Shown here in pieces: positions 1 through 9,150 of a DNA stretch of 64,000 bases (positions are counted from its first letter, which is position 1; every line of letters starts with the position of its first letter). Source of the DNA: Saprospiraceae bacterium (lineage in GTDB: Bacteria > Bacteroidota > Bacteroidia > Chitinophagales > Saprospiraceae); the NCBI GenBank assembly GCA_046329385.1, contig JAXLUT010000007.1:20640-84639 (forward strand). The letters run 5' to 3'. The notes under the pieces were generated by a model, which saw only the letters and a list, made by a program, of their open reading frames with translations, was not told the origin of the DNA and made no database searches. The position numbers were made by a program, and so were the translations under genes.

Positions 1-485
1 CCAATCTGATCACTGGTATGCCTTTGATGTCTTTTTTGGGTACTGTGACCACAAACGAAGGTCGATATTCAGGGACAGTTTTTTCGCTGATGATGGTACT
101 TACATTAAGTGTAGGGATATCTGCTTTGGTGTCGATGCCATCTACTTTGAAACTTGTTTCTTTGATCGTTTTTTCATGAAAATAGCAAACACTTCATTCT
201 CATCAAAGTTGATGTCGTTGTTGGCAGACTTTACATAGACCTGCATCGAATTTTTTGACTTGAAGTGGAAGGCTCGATTGCCGTCTTGTACTATTTGGGT
301 TTGATCCAGTTTGTAAGTTGATGATATATCTTTGCACCAGAGCCTTCTAAGCTTTACTATCGTTTTGCACCCACTTCTCCTTTGGGTTGTTGTCGTAGTG
401 TCGGCGCCCGTACTAGCTTTATCATTTTGAAAAATGATCGTAATGACAAGGGCAACACAAGTAAAAAAGAAAAAATAGACTTCAT
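1..485 (-). pseudogene. degraded secreted-protein gene, partial (runs off window start)
   Basis: ATG at 485..483 followed by signal-like MKSIFSFLLVLPLSL. The reading only continues by switching frame at least twice (near 424-427 and near 140-150). No ORF >=60 aa in the track. Confidence 0.3.
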
Positions 486-654
486 TTTATTCTAATTTTT
501 AAAAAATCTTGACTAATAAATTTTTGTAAATATCTGAATTTAATTCAGGCCGCAAAAGTAAGCTTTTTTGCATTATTTTTTACAATTTCAATATTTTTGA
601 ATGGAGAAATGACAAGTTTTTCTTTTACGTGAGCTATTCATTATGTATTATATG

Positions 655-749
655 ACCAGCCAAAGTGTAATATTATGTTAATTTTGGCTGACTATAATTT
701 TCTATAATCAGCCAAAATGTATTAAAAAAGTTGGTTTTGGCTGATTATA
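655..749. repeat. ~95-bp repeat copy A with two AGCCAAA..TTTGGCT palindromic arms
   Basis: Direct repeat of 2271..2366. The 49-bp core 701..749 is identical to 2318..2366. Each copy contains two inverted repeats CAGCCAAA(N~19)TTTGGCTG. Confidence 0.8.
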
Positions 750-1048
750 TATTTTGATATTATTTATTATTATATTCATAATATTTAGAATAACAATTAA
801 AAATAATTATTTTGTAGAATTTTTGTTAACTTCAACTTGAGAATAAATCACTGAGTTCAATATTGTTTTGAATGAGTTCATAATAGTATTCATTTTTTGA
901 CAATCCAAATGTCGTGATCATCGTTAAGAAGAGATTTTTTTTGGGTGCTACTTGAAAAAGTGGCTAATTTTTGTCTTAAATTGATAGCTGTTAACTTATC
1001 GATGGAGTAAATAGATTTGGAAAATTTTATTTCGCATACATTGATGAT

Positions 1049-2253
1049 TTAGTCAGCTCTTGAGATGATGAGATCTATTTGGGTTCCTGTATTGTTTGAT
1101 TTTGTTGACCAGGATGAAGCTTCTGTTTCAATCACTGTCAAGCCTAAAGCGTCTTTTATTTGTGGAATGTGTGCAAAACATAGTCTCTCAAAGGCCAGTC
1201 CAGACCAAGATTGATATGATTGGTTTTTTGATATGGTGAGCCAGCTTCCCTTTTGTCTGACTCCATTTTTGATCATAAATTTGTGATAGAAAAGTGTAAA
1301 AAAGTCATTCAATTTATACCACTTACCATTTTGATTTTCGCCATAGGGTACGATAGTTTGGATAAAACCGGATTGTTCTAATTCTTGAAGGGCATTTGTC
1401 AAAGTTCCACCAGAAGTTAATCCAGTTTTTTCAATGATCTGATCTCTCTGCATACCTTGCTTTAAGGTAACCAAGGCTTCAATAATGGTTTGATGGTGGT
1501 AACTGTTTTCAAAAAGTGATTTGTACAATTGATCGTATTCATTGTATAAGAATCCTTCCTTATCAAAACACGATCTATCAATAAATTGTGCTACACTCTC
1601 TCCTTTTTGTGCGGCATCAAGATAATATGGGACTCCTCCCGTCGTCATATACAGTTGAGCTATATCATATTGACTCCAGATTATTCCTTTTTCGTTCAAG
1701 AAAGTGCAGTCTCATTAGATAAATGGTTGTAAATTCGATTTTTTCTGATACTCTATTATTGTGGCTCACCTCTACTAGTGATCACTTTTTTAATCATCCA
1801 TGAAGCAGCAGAACCACATATAACTACTATTAAATCTTTCCTTTTGGTGCAATATGCGTTCCAAAAATTTTCAAAGGCCATAAGAAATTTTGATTTTGGT
1901 GTATCCATCCATGGGAGCTCGTCAAAAAACAACACCTTTTTGCCTTTTCTTCTATTTTTATCAAGGAATAACATGAGTTGACTAAATGCATCCATCCATG
2001 TATTGGGTACAGAAATGGCAGCTGAAGGATAACCAGCTAATGCTAATGTTTGGGCGAAATGTTTTATTTGATCTGACATTTCGCCACCATGAAGTCCAGC
2101 TATTTCGAAAATGAACTTGCTTTCAAAATAGTTTCTGATCAAAAAAGTTTTGCCAATTCGCCTGCGACCATACACAGCTATAAGCTTTGATTCTGATGCA
2201 CTCATACAGTGGTCAAAGATGGCTTTTTCTTTTTTTCTACCTACCAATTTCAT
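1049..2253 (-). pseudogene. AAA+ ATPase (archaeal-ATPase-like / DUF234-type), split into two ORFs
   Basis: ORF 1756..2253 carries Walker A (GRRRIGKT) and Walker B-like (VLFFDELPW). ORF 1049..1699 continues a winged-helix-like C-terminal part in another frame. The break lies between 1699 and 1756. Confidence 0.6.
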
Positions 2254-2270
2254 GTTGTGGTATATTTATA

Positions 2271-2366
2271 ACGAGCCAAAGATACAACAAATTTGATATT
2301 TTGGCTGAATATAAATGTCTATAATCAGCCAAAATGTATTAAAAAAGTTGGTTTTGGCTGATTATA
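2271..2366. repeat. ~95-bp repeat copy B, immediately upstream of the ATPase start
   Basis: See copy A. Lies 18 nt upstream of the ATG at 2253..2251. Confidence 0.8.
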
Positions 2367-2594
2367 ATTTATGAAATTAAATTAATTTTAATGTATAAAT
2401 ATAACAAATACACTAAAATATGTTAATTATGTGTCAATTTTATAAAATTTCTATTTTGTAATTTATTGCATTAAAATTTAAAAGTAAATCAAGAACAAAT
2501 TTTGAAAATAGTATCGACTATCATTCCAACATGGCAGACAATTTGTAATGGACAAAGATGGATCAAGTTGCCCTTAATTATTATCAGAATGCTA

Positions 2595-3554
2595 TCAATG
2601 AGGCTCTGGATGCGGATGCTCTTTTTTGTATTTGATAGAGAAATAAATACCTGCTAAAATGGATACTAATATGATGCCTAATGACAATCCTATTGATAAA
2701 TGATAGTGATTGGCTAAGATCAATTTGATGCCCACATAGGTCAAAATAACGGTCAGACTGTACTTTAAATAATGGAACGAATCCAACATATTTGCCACAA
2801 AAAAGTACATCGATCGTAAACCTAGAATGGCAAATATGTTGGAAGTAAATACTATAAATGGATCAGTAGTGATGCCCAAGATGGCTGGTATGCTATCTAA
2901 GGCAAATAGTACATCCGTAAATTCTATCAAGATCAAGGCGAGCAAAAGTGGTGTAGCTATTGTCAAACCATTTCGCTTGATGACAAATTTTTCATGATCG
3001 ATCCTACTGGTCACGGGCATGATTTTCTTGACCATTTTGTACATAAACGAATCTTTTGGGTTGAATTCTTCTTCTTCGTTTGATATAGCCATTTTTATAG
3101 CGGTATAGATGAGAAATGCACCAAATACATATGTAGTCCAGGTGAATTTTTCGATCAAAATGACTCCAAAACCGATCATCAAGCCCCTAAATAAGAGCGC
3201 ACCTATGATGCCCCAAAACAATACTCGATGTTGATATTTTTTGGGAATGCGAAACGACTTAAAGATCATTGCTATCACAAAAATATTGTCTATGCTCAAG
3301 GTGAGTTCAATGATATAGCCTGTGAGATACTCGATGGCTGATTGTGTAGGCGAGGCATGGGTGGGAGATACCATCATGCCATTGCTGTATATAAGGTAGA
3401 TCACGCCAGCAAACAAAAGCCCTAATGTAGTCCATCCTACTGTCCATTTGGTAGCTTCTTTATACGAAATTTCGTGTGCTTCTCTATTAAATACGCCAAG
3501 ATCTATGGCGAGAAATATGGTGATCAATGCTAAAAATGAAATCCAAATTATCAT
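2595..3554 (-). CDS. TerC-family integral membrane protein
   Basis: 319-aa polytopic membrane ORF with typical TerC-like motifs (LSIDNIFVIAMIF, FALDSIPAILGIT). Confidence 0.85.
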   Translation of the reverse strand: MIIWISFLALITIFLAIDLGVFNREAHEISYKEATKWTVGWTTLGLLFAGVIYLIYSNGMMVSPTHASPTQSAIEYLTGYIIELTLSIDNIFVIAMIFKSFRIPKKYQHRVLFWGIIGALLFRGLMIGFGVILIEKFTWTTYVFGAFLIYTAIKMAISNEEEEFNPKDSFMYKMVKKIMPVTSRIDHEKFVIKRNGLTIATPLLLALILIEFTDVLFALDSIPAILGITTDPFIVFTSNIFAILGLRSMYFFVANMLDSFHYLKYSLTVILTYVGIKLILANHYHLSIGLSLGIILVSILAGIYFSIKYKKEHPHPEPH

Positions 3555-3792
3555 ATTGGTGCTATATATTTATGTGTGATGTTTTAAGAAAATATTTTAT
3601 TTTTTTCATTTACTATCATAAACCCAATCTAACAACGATATTATTAAAATGTTTTGATGGATAATAGAGAATGCAAATGTAGCTTAATTGGTACTTGTTA
3701 TTATGTTTTTTGGATAAGTGCTTGGTTATTTTCGCTCAATTCTACACAAATTCATTCAAAGTTCATCGTTCAAAACTTGTCAGGCTCTGCGT

Positions 3793-3947
3793 GATCGTTC
3801 AAATCATTCGTCGTTCTTATCGTTCGATTCATTCGGTTGTTCAAATCATTCGGTTGCTCGATTCACTCGGTTGTTCAAATCATTCGGTTGTTCGGATCGT
3901 TCGGATCGTTCAAATCATTCGGTTGTTCGGATCGTTCAAATCATTTA
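3793..3947. repeat. degenerate 8-9-nt tandem array (about 18 units ending in TTC; higher-order unit aaatcattcggttgttcggatcgttc)
   Basis: Read directly: gatcgttc/aaatcattc/ggttgttc/ggatcgttc units in series, ending 7 nt before a TAnnTTTG box. Confidence 0.85.
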
Positions 3948-3953
3948 TTTTCA

Positions 3954-3961
3954 TATATTTG
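3954..3961 (+). promoter_or_regulatory. Bacteroidota-type -7 box TATATTTG
   Basis: Matches TAnnTTTG, 30 nt upstream of the ATG at 3991. Confidence 0.35.
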
Positions 3962-3990
3962 CATTAATTTTAATTATCACACTATTTATT

Positions 3991-4452
3991 ATGGCATTAC
4001 CCAATATTTTTACAAAAGAAGAAGCAGATAAGCTCATCAATAGAGTCAACTCTTTGACAAAAGATACTCAACCTTTATGGGGCAAGATGAATGTAGCACA
4101 AATGTTAGCGCATAGCAATGTGACTTTTCGCTATGTTTATGAACCAGAGGCCTTCAAAAAGCCAAAATTTCCAATGACATGGGTACTTAAGGCCTTTGTC
4201 AAACCACAAGTCATCAACGAAAAGCCATACCCTAAAAATGGCCCAACAGGACCAGATTTTTTAATCAAAGGCGAACGAGATTTTGAAGCTGAAAAAGAAA
4301 AAATGGTAGGATTTATTAAGCGTATCCAAGCTGAAGGTGCCTCTGGTTTTGATCAGAGAGAGTCCTTCTCATTTGGCAAACTATCATCTGAAGAGTGGAA
4401 CAATATGTTTTACAAGCATTTGGATCATCATTTACGGCAGTTTGGTGTCTAA
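3991..4452 (+). CDS. DinB-superfamily protein (DUF1569-like)
   Basis: Internal ATG (MALPNIFTKEEADKL...) of track ORF 3718..4452. The upstream 91 codons are translation of the tandem array. C-terminal FYKHLDHHLRQFG is typical of DUF1569. Confidence 0.7.
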   Translation: MALPNIFTKEEADKLINRVNSLTKDTQPLWGKMNVAQMLAHSNVTFRYVYEPEAFKKPKFPMTWVLKAFVKPQVINEKPYPKNGPTGPDFLIKGERDFEAEKEKMVGFIKRIQAEGASGFDQRESFSFGKLSSEEWNNMFYKHLDHHLRQFGV

Positions 4453-4511
4453 GTTTTGTTAAATAACATAAAAATTTGGCGAATAATATACTGATTTATA
4501 GGCTTTTATCG

Positions 4512-4856
4512 TCAAATTTTTACTTTGCTACCCTGTTTATTGTAAGCTGCTTTCAATTGCCACAATTTTGATATTTCGTAAATATCATGCGGAGCATTTT
4601 CTTCTGTATCCAGAAATGTTAATGAATATTGTACCTTGCTTGGAGACTCTATTGTTTGGATATTTTTCCATTGGAAAATACCAATCACACCGAGTACGGC
4701 AAGAAAAATTGCTGCAATAGCTATAGATTTGTAAAAGTTTACTTCACCTCTATTTTTAGATGAAGACAAACGATTTTCTAAGACAAGCCAAGCACGATCA
4801 CTTGGAGCTACTTTATGTGCTTCTGATGCATGTCTCAATTTTGATATGTTTTTCAT
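4512..4856 (-). CDS. putative anti-sigma factor, single-pass membrane protein
   Basis: Directly downstream of the ECF sigma gene. One TM helix (IAIAAIFLAVLGVIGIF). ATG at 4856. Confidence 0.45.
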   Translation of the reverse strand: MKNISKLRHASEAHKVAPSDRAWLVLENRLSSSKNRGEVNFYKSIAIAAIFLAVLGVIGIFQWKNIQTIESPSKVQYSLTFLDTEENAPHDIYEISKLWQLKAAYNKQGSKVKI

Positions 4857-4901
4857 TGACAATGATTTATACAAATAAAATGGTTTTTGATTAGATATGC
4901 T

Positions 4902-5465
4902 TTAAATCTTTTTATTGGAAAAAATGGAAGATACATTATCTTTTTTTTTAAGCGCTTCCACTATTTTTTTCTTGGCCATGATCAACTGAGATTTGGATGT
5001 ATTGATGCTGATACTCAACATCTCTGCTATCTCTCTATGCTTATATCCTTCAAAGACATACAAATTGAAAACAGTCCGATATCCAGTTGGTAATTCGTCC
5101 AAAATGCGCATTATTTGGTCAAAATCGAAATCAGTTTCATCATCCATGACTTCATCAGCAATGTCTTGGTCAGGAATAGCTACCGTCATGTGAAGGTTGG
5201 TCTGCCTCCTTATGTACATGAGGCATTCATTGACCATGATGCGTCTCATCCAGCCTTCAAAACTGCCTTCACCTTTGTACATGTCTATCTTGGTCAATAT
5301 TTTATAAAAACCTTCGATAAATACATCTTCGGCTTCGGCATTTGATTTAACATACCTAATACAAATGGCATAAAGATTATCTTTATACATCTCATACAAC
5401 TTTTTTTGAGCTTCAGGCTCTTGCTGTTTGCAATGTTGGATGATATGTTCAAGATTTAAAGACAC
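4902..5465 (-). CDS. ECF-type RNA polymerase sigma-70 factor
   Basis: 187 aa with region 2 (EDVFIEGFYKIL) and region 4 (FEGYKHREIAEMLSISINTSKSQL). Apparent GTG start. Confidence 0.85.
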   Translation of the reverse strand: MSLNLEHIIQHCKQQEPEAQKKLYEMYKDNLYAICIRYVKSNAEAEDVFIEGFYKILTKIDMYKGEGSFEGWMRRIMVNECLMYIRRQTNLHMTVAIPDQDIADEVMDDETDFDFDQIMRILDELPTGYRTVFNLYVFEGYKHREIAEMLSISINTSKSQLIMAKKKIVEALKKKDNVSSIFSNKKI

Positions 5466-5527
5466 TCTTACTACTTTCTGCTAAGATGCAATGGCGTTTT
5501 ATTTTGGTGTATAAAGTGCCGAAAATC

Positions 5528-5965
5528 CTATCGCAATCTATCCATTGATCGGACTGTATTTTCATCTTTGGAGATATACCTTGTGGCTAAGATTGAAAAT
5601 ATCAAGCTTAAAATGGGAAAATAAATGCCGAAACTATCATGTATTTCATTGGCTTTTTCTGTAGCAGTGCCTTCATTGTAAACCAACAAAATAGCTACCA
5701 AAGGTAATAGAATTGAAATGACCGTGGTGAGGTAAGACATCTTGATCTGTAGAGGTCTGTTATTATATAAAAAGATAGCTCCAATGCTGATTAATCCACC
5801 TAATATACACAATACCAGTAAGATAGGACTGTCTTGGATGTTATAAACTCTGTCATCAAATAGGTGTGGAATAGCTACTGTACTATCGGCAAATGGCACT
5901 GCAAAAAGGCTGAAAAATGAAGTGCCACTCAATAATAAGAAGATGCTTTGCAATCTTTGTATCAT
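5528..5965 (-). CDS. DUF4293-like membrane protein
   Basis: N-terminus MIQRLQSIFLLL and four hydrophobic helices. Confidence 0.65.
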   Translation of the reverse strand: MIQRLQSIFLLLSGTSFFSLFAVPFADSTVAIPHLFDDRVYNIQDSPILLVLCILGGLISIGAIFLYNNRPLQIKMSYLTTVISILLPLVAILLVYNEGTATEKANEIHDSFGIYFPILSLIFSILATRYISKDENTVRSMDRLR

Positions 5966-5982
5966 GATATATGATTTTATTT

Positions 5983-5990
5983 TACTTTTG
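5983..5990 (+). promoter_or_regulatory. -7 box TACTTTTG
   Basis: TAnnTTTG, 31 nt upstream of the ATG at 6021. Confidence 0.35.
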
Positions 5991-6020
5991 TAATATTATT
6001 AATTAACAGGCCGCAAGATA

Positions 6021-7148
6021 ATGAATTATAGTTTTTGGGAAAAGAATTTTATCGAATCACCTGTCGAAATTACCATCATTGGGTCAGGAATTGTAGGTTT
6101 AAGTACTGCAATTTCCATAAAAGAAAGGAATCCAAATATTTCTGTCAAAATTCTTGAAAGGTCAGCAACACCAAATGGTGCAAGTACAAAAAATGCGGGA
6201 TTTTCATGTTTTGGTTCAGTTTCAGAGTTGCTTCATGACATTGTTAATATGGGAGAAGAAGCTTGTATGCAAGTCGTCAATATGAGATGGAAAGGCCTCG
6301 AAAAATTAAAAAATAGGGTAGGTCTAAAAAATATGGAATACAAACCATTCGGTGGTATGGAATTATTTCGACCACAAGATGAAACATTAAGAGATAAGTG
6401 TTTTAGTAATATTGATTATTGTAATGAATTAATATACAATACGTTAAGTCTTGATTCTTGCTATCAAATAGTCGAAAATACACGGTTTCCTACATTCAAT
6501 AATTGGAGCATATTCAATCAGTATGAAGGTACAATCAATCCTATGTCTATGATGAATTTCCTTAGACAATTGTGTGCAGACTTGAAAATTGAGATAATTT
6601 ATGGCATTGAAGTTCAGAATATTTTATTTGACGAAAAAGTACTTTTTACTCATGGCAATCTCCATATTAAATATAATAAATTGATAATATGTACTAATGG
6701 TTTTACCAAGAGTTTATATCCTGATTTAGATGTGTTGCCAGCTAGAAATCAGGTGTTGATCACCCAACCAATACCAAATTTGAAATTTGAAGCGGGCTAT
6801 CATGTGGACGAAGGGTACATTTATTTCAGGAGTTACCAAAATAGAATACTTTTGGGCGGAGGAAGAAATTTGGACATCGAAGGTGAGACAACGATGGAAT
6901 TTGGAAACACAACAAATATCCAAACTTATCTTTTAAACTTATTGGAAACTATATACCCAGGTGCATCACATCTTGTAGAGCATTGGTGGAGCGGCATCCT
7001 TGGTATTGGCCCATCAAAATTTCCAATCATCCATTGGCATAATGATAGTGTATTGTTTGGAGTGCGCCTCGGAGGTATGGGAGTAGCTATCGGATCTTAT
7101 CTTGGCGAAACCTTGGCAAATGAAGTAATGGAAAGATTGAGCCATTAA
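6021..7148 (+). CDS. FAD-dependent oxidoreductase (DAO family)
   Basis: N-terminal Rossmann motif IIGSGIVGLSTA; 375 aa. Confidence 0.8.
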   Translation: MNYSFWEKNFIESPVEITIIGSGIVGLSTAISIKERNPNISVKILERSATPNGASTKNAGFSCFGSVSELLHDIVNMGEEACMQVVNMRWKGLEKLKNRVGLKNMEYKPFGGMELFRPQDETLRDKCFSNIDYCNELIYNTLSLDSCYQIVENTRFPTFNNWSIFNQYEGTINPMSMMNFLRQLCADLKIEIIYGIEVQNILFDEKVLFTHGNLHIKYNKLIICTNGFTKSLYPDLDVLPARNQVLITQPIPNLKFEAGYHVDEGYIYFRSYQNRILLGGGRNLDIEGETTMEFGNTTNIQTYLLNLLETIYPGASHLVEHWWSGILGIGPSKFPIIHWHNDSVLFGVRLGGMGVAIGSYLGETLANEVMERLSH

Positions 7149-7200
7149 ACCCATAAAGTTAAATTTTAGTTATTTTTCGATGTAAGGTTACTTTTTTACT

Positions 7201-7208
7201 TACTTTTG
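7201..7208 (+). promoter_or_regulatory. -7 box TACTTTTG
   Basis: TAnnTTTG, 27 nt upstream of the ATG at 7235. Confidence 0.35.
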
Positions 7209-7234
7209 CGTCTTCAAATGAAAATTTTTTATAT

Positions 7235-8278
7235 ATGAACATCAGATTTTTATTTACGGCGAGCGTTGCTTTAATGTATATGTCCGCTATTGCACAAACC
7301 AATAAATCAATTAGTAAAATGGACCAACAGTTTTTAAGTACCCAGCCAGACGGATTGTATGCCAAGTTTGAAACCAATAAAGGCGACATTTTTCTTGTTT
7401 TAGAGCAAAAGAAGACGCCTATGACAGTGGCAAATTTTGTAGGGCTTGCAGAGGGAAATATCAGCAATAAGGCGAAGGCTGCTGGTGTACCATATTATGA
7501 TGGCCTTAAGTTTCATAGAGTTATTCCCAATTTTATGATTCAAGGTGGCTGCCCATTGGGTACTGGTACAGGCGACCCAGGGTATAAGTTTGCAGACGAG
7601 ATTGACGAAAGTCTCAAACATACCGGTCCAGGTATCCTCAGTATGGCCAATGCTGGTCCGGGTACCAATGGATCTCAGTTTTTTATTACACACGTAGCTA
7701 CTCCATGGTTGGATGGTAAGCATACTGTATTTGGACATGTTGTAAAAGGTCAAGATGTAGTCGATGCTATCAAGCAGAATGACACCATTGTGAGCTTAAA
7801 AATATTGAGAAAAGGTTCAGAAGCAGAGGCATTTGATGCAGCCAAAACTTTTGAATCAGCTAAACAAAATGCTGCTAAAATGGAGGCAGAAAAGGCAGCA
7901 AAGATGGCTGCTGCAGCTGAAGAATTGAAAAAGCAATTTACCAATGTGACACCAAGTGGATTGAGATATATGGTCATACAAGAAGGAACAGGTAAGCAAC
8001 CTGCTTCTGCGACCAGTAAGGTAAACGTGCATTATACTGGTTCATTTTTGGATGGAAAAGTATTTGACAGCTCCGTGCAAAGAGGCCAACCTATCGAATT
8101 TGGTCTGAATCAAGTCATCAAAGGATGGACTGAAGGTGTCCAATTAATGAAAGAAGGAGCAAAATATAAGTTTTATATCCCTTACACTCTGGCTTACGGC
8201 GAGCAAGGATATCCAGGAGCCATTCCACCAAAGAGTGATTTGATCTTTGAAGTAGAGTTGCTGAAAGTGACAGATTAA
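7235..8278 (+). CDS. dual-family peptidyl-prolyl isomerase (N-terminal cyclophilin + C-terminal FKBP), secreted
   Basis: Signal peptide. Cyclophilin motifs ([30 protein letters not shown]). Ala/Lys linker. FKBP motifs ([39 protein letters not shown]). Confidence 0.85.
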   Translation: MNIRFLFTASVALMYMSAIAQTNKSISKMDQQFLSTQPDGLYAKFETNKGDIFLVLEQKKTPMTVANFVGLAEGNISNKAKAAGVPYYDGLKFHRVIPNFMIQGGCPLGTGTGDPGYKFADEIDESLKHTGPGILSMANAGPGTNGSQFFITHVATPWLDGKHTVFGHVVKGQDVVDAIKQNDTIVSLKILRKGSEAEAFDAAKTFESAKQNAAKMEAEKAAKMAAAAEELKKQFTNVTPSGLRYMVIQEGTGKQPASATSKVNVHYTGSFLDGKVFDSSVQRGQPIEFGLNQVIKGWTEGVQLMKEGAKYKFYIPYTLAYGEQGYPGAIPPKSDLIFEVELLKVTD

Positions 8279-8301
8279 ACCAAAAGTATCACGATATCGA
8301 A

Positions 8302-8337
8302 AAGCCTTGTTCTGTGTTGGGACAAGGCTTTTTCTTT
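8302..8337. terminator. hairpin terminator between convergent genes
   Basis: aagccttgt(N11)acaaggctt followed by a T-run. The reverse strand also has a short T-run, so it may end the cytochrome operon too. Confidence 0.6.
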
Positions 8338-8357
8338 GATATGAAGATGATAACTAA

Positions 8358-9143
8358 CTACAATGATGTGGCCTCTTCCATGATGATATCGTATCTATAC
8401 CCGGCACCAAAATCTTTATTGAGTGCAATTTTACCTCTGAGCACTACTTTACTACCGATAGGTATGTTTTGATTGGTCGTAACTGTGAGGTCGATAGCCT
8501 TACCGTTTGATTGGCTACCATCATGAATGTGTACCCAATTGCGCCCCATGATGCCATTGTTGACTTTGACGCATTCTCCAGCAATAGTGATGATTTGGCC
8601 GTCGTATTTTGATTTTTTAGCCATCAGATCAGATAGTTTTACGGCATCTTTTACTTGTATAGGTGCAGACGAAACAGGCTTTTCTTGTGTAACTTCTGAT
8701 GGCATACTACCGCTAATATTTCCACCAGGATGCGCAGATGCGTCAATGATATTGCTGACAAGATAAATAGTATCAAATGTCCTTTTGAATTCAATACTCT
8801 CAAAATTTGTTTTCATCAGGCCACCTCTATAGAGATAAGTTTGACCTTTGACAGCATCTGTTTTTGAGGTAGCAATCCAGAATTTTTTGCCTGCTTCAGT
8901 TACGTTCAGATAGGTGTATCTGTCTGTTTGCAGGATTTCATTAGCTGTTACTTGGTGTACATCTGCTGCTCCAGCCATGCCACCTGGCTTATTTCCCATT
9001 GGGTTGGTACTATTTGGTGCTGTAACAGGTATAGCAGAGTTGTTAGTGGGTGATTCGTCAGCTACTATCACTTTTGGTTTTGATTCGCAACCAAATAAAA
9101 TATGTAAAGCAATGATGCTGAAAAGTACATTTTTTATAAACAT
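8358..9143 (-). CDS. lipoprotein of unknown function, last gene of the cytochrome operon
   Basis: Signal plus lipobox (ALHILFGC). 7-nt gap from the upstream barrel gene. No CxxCH. Confidence 0.6.
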   Translation of the reverse strand: MFIKNVLFSIIALHILFGCESKPKVIVADESPTNNSAIPVTAPNSTNPMGNKPGGMAGAADVHQVTANEILQTDRYTYLNVTEAGKKFWIATSKTDAVKGQTYLYRGGLMKTNFESIEFKRTFDTIYLVSNIIDASAHPGGNISGSMPSEVTQEKPVSSAPIQVKDAVKLSDLMAKKSKYDGQIITIAGECVKVNNGIMGRNWVHIHDGSQSNGKAIDLTVTTNQNIPIGSKVVLRGKIALNKDFGAGYRYDIIMEEATSL

Positions 9144-9150
9144 GTCAAAC

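Noticed and set aside
3555-3717. Possible yybP-ykoY (Mn) riboswitch upstream of the TerC-family gene
   Set aside because: TerC-family genes are often controlled by this riboswitch. However, the minus-strand leader is almost pure AT, and I could not find the conserved GGGGAGUAG-type core or its pairing partners.
3695-4031. ORFs 3695..3967, 3837..4031 and the first 91 codons of 3718..4452
   Set aside because: They are translations of the 8-9-nt tandem array in three frames (repeating SNHSVV/RIVQII peptides). The real gene starts at the ATG at 3991, behind a -7 box.
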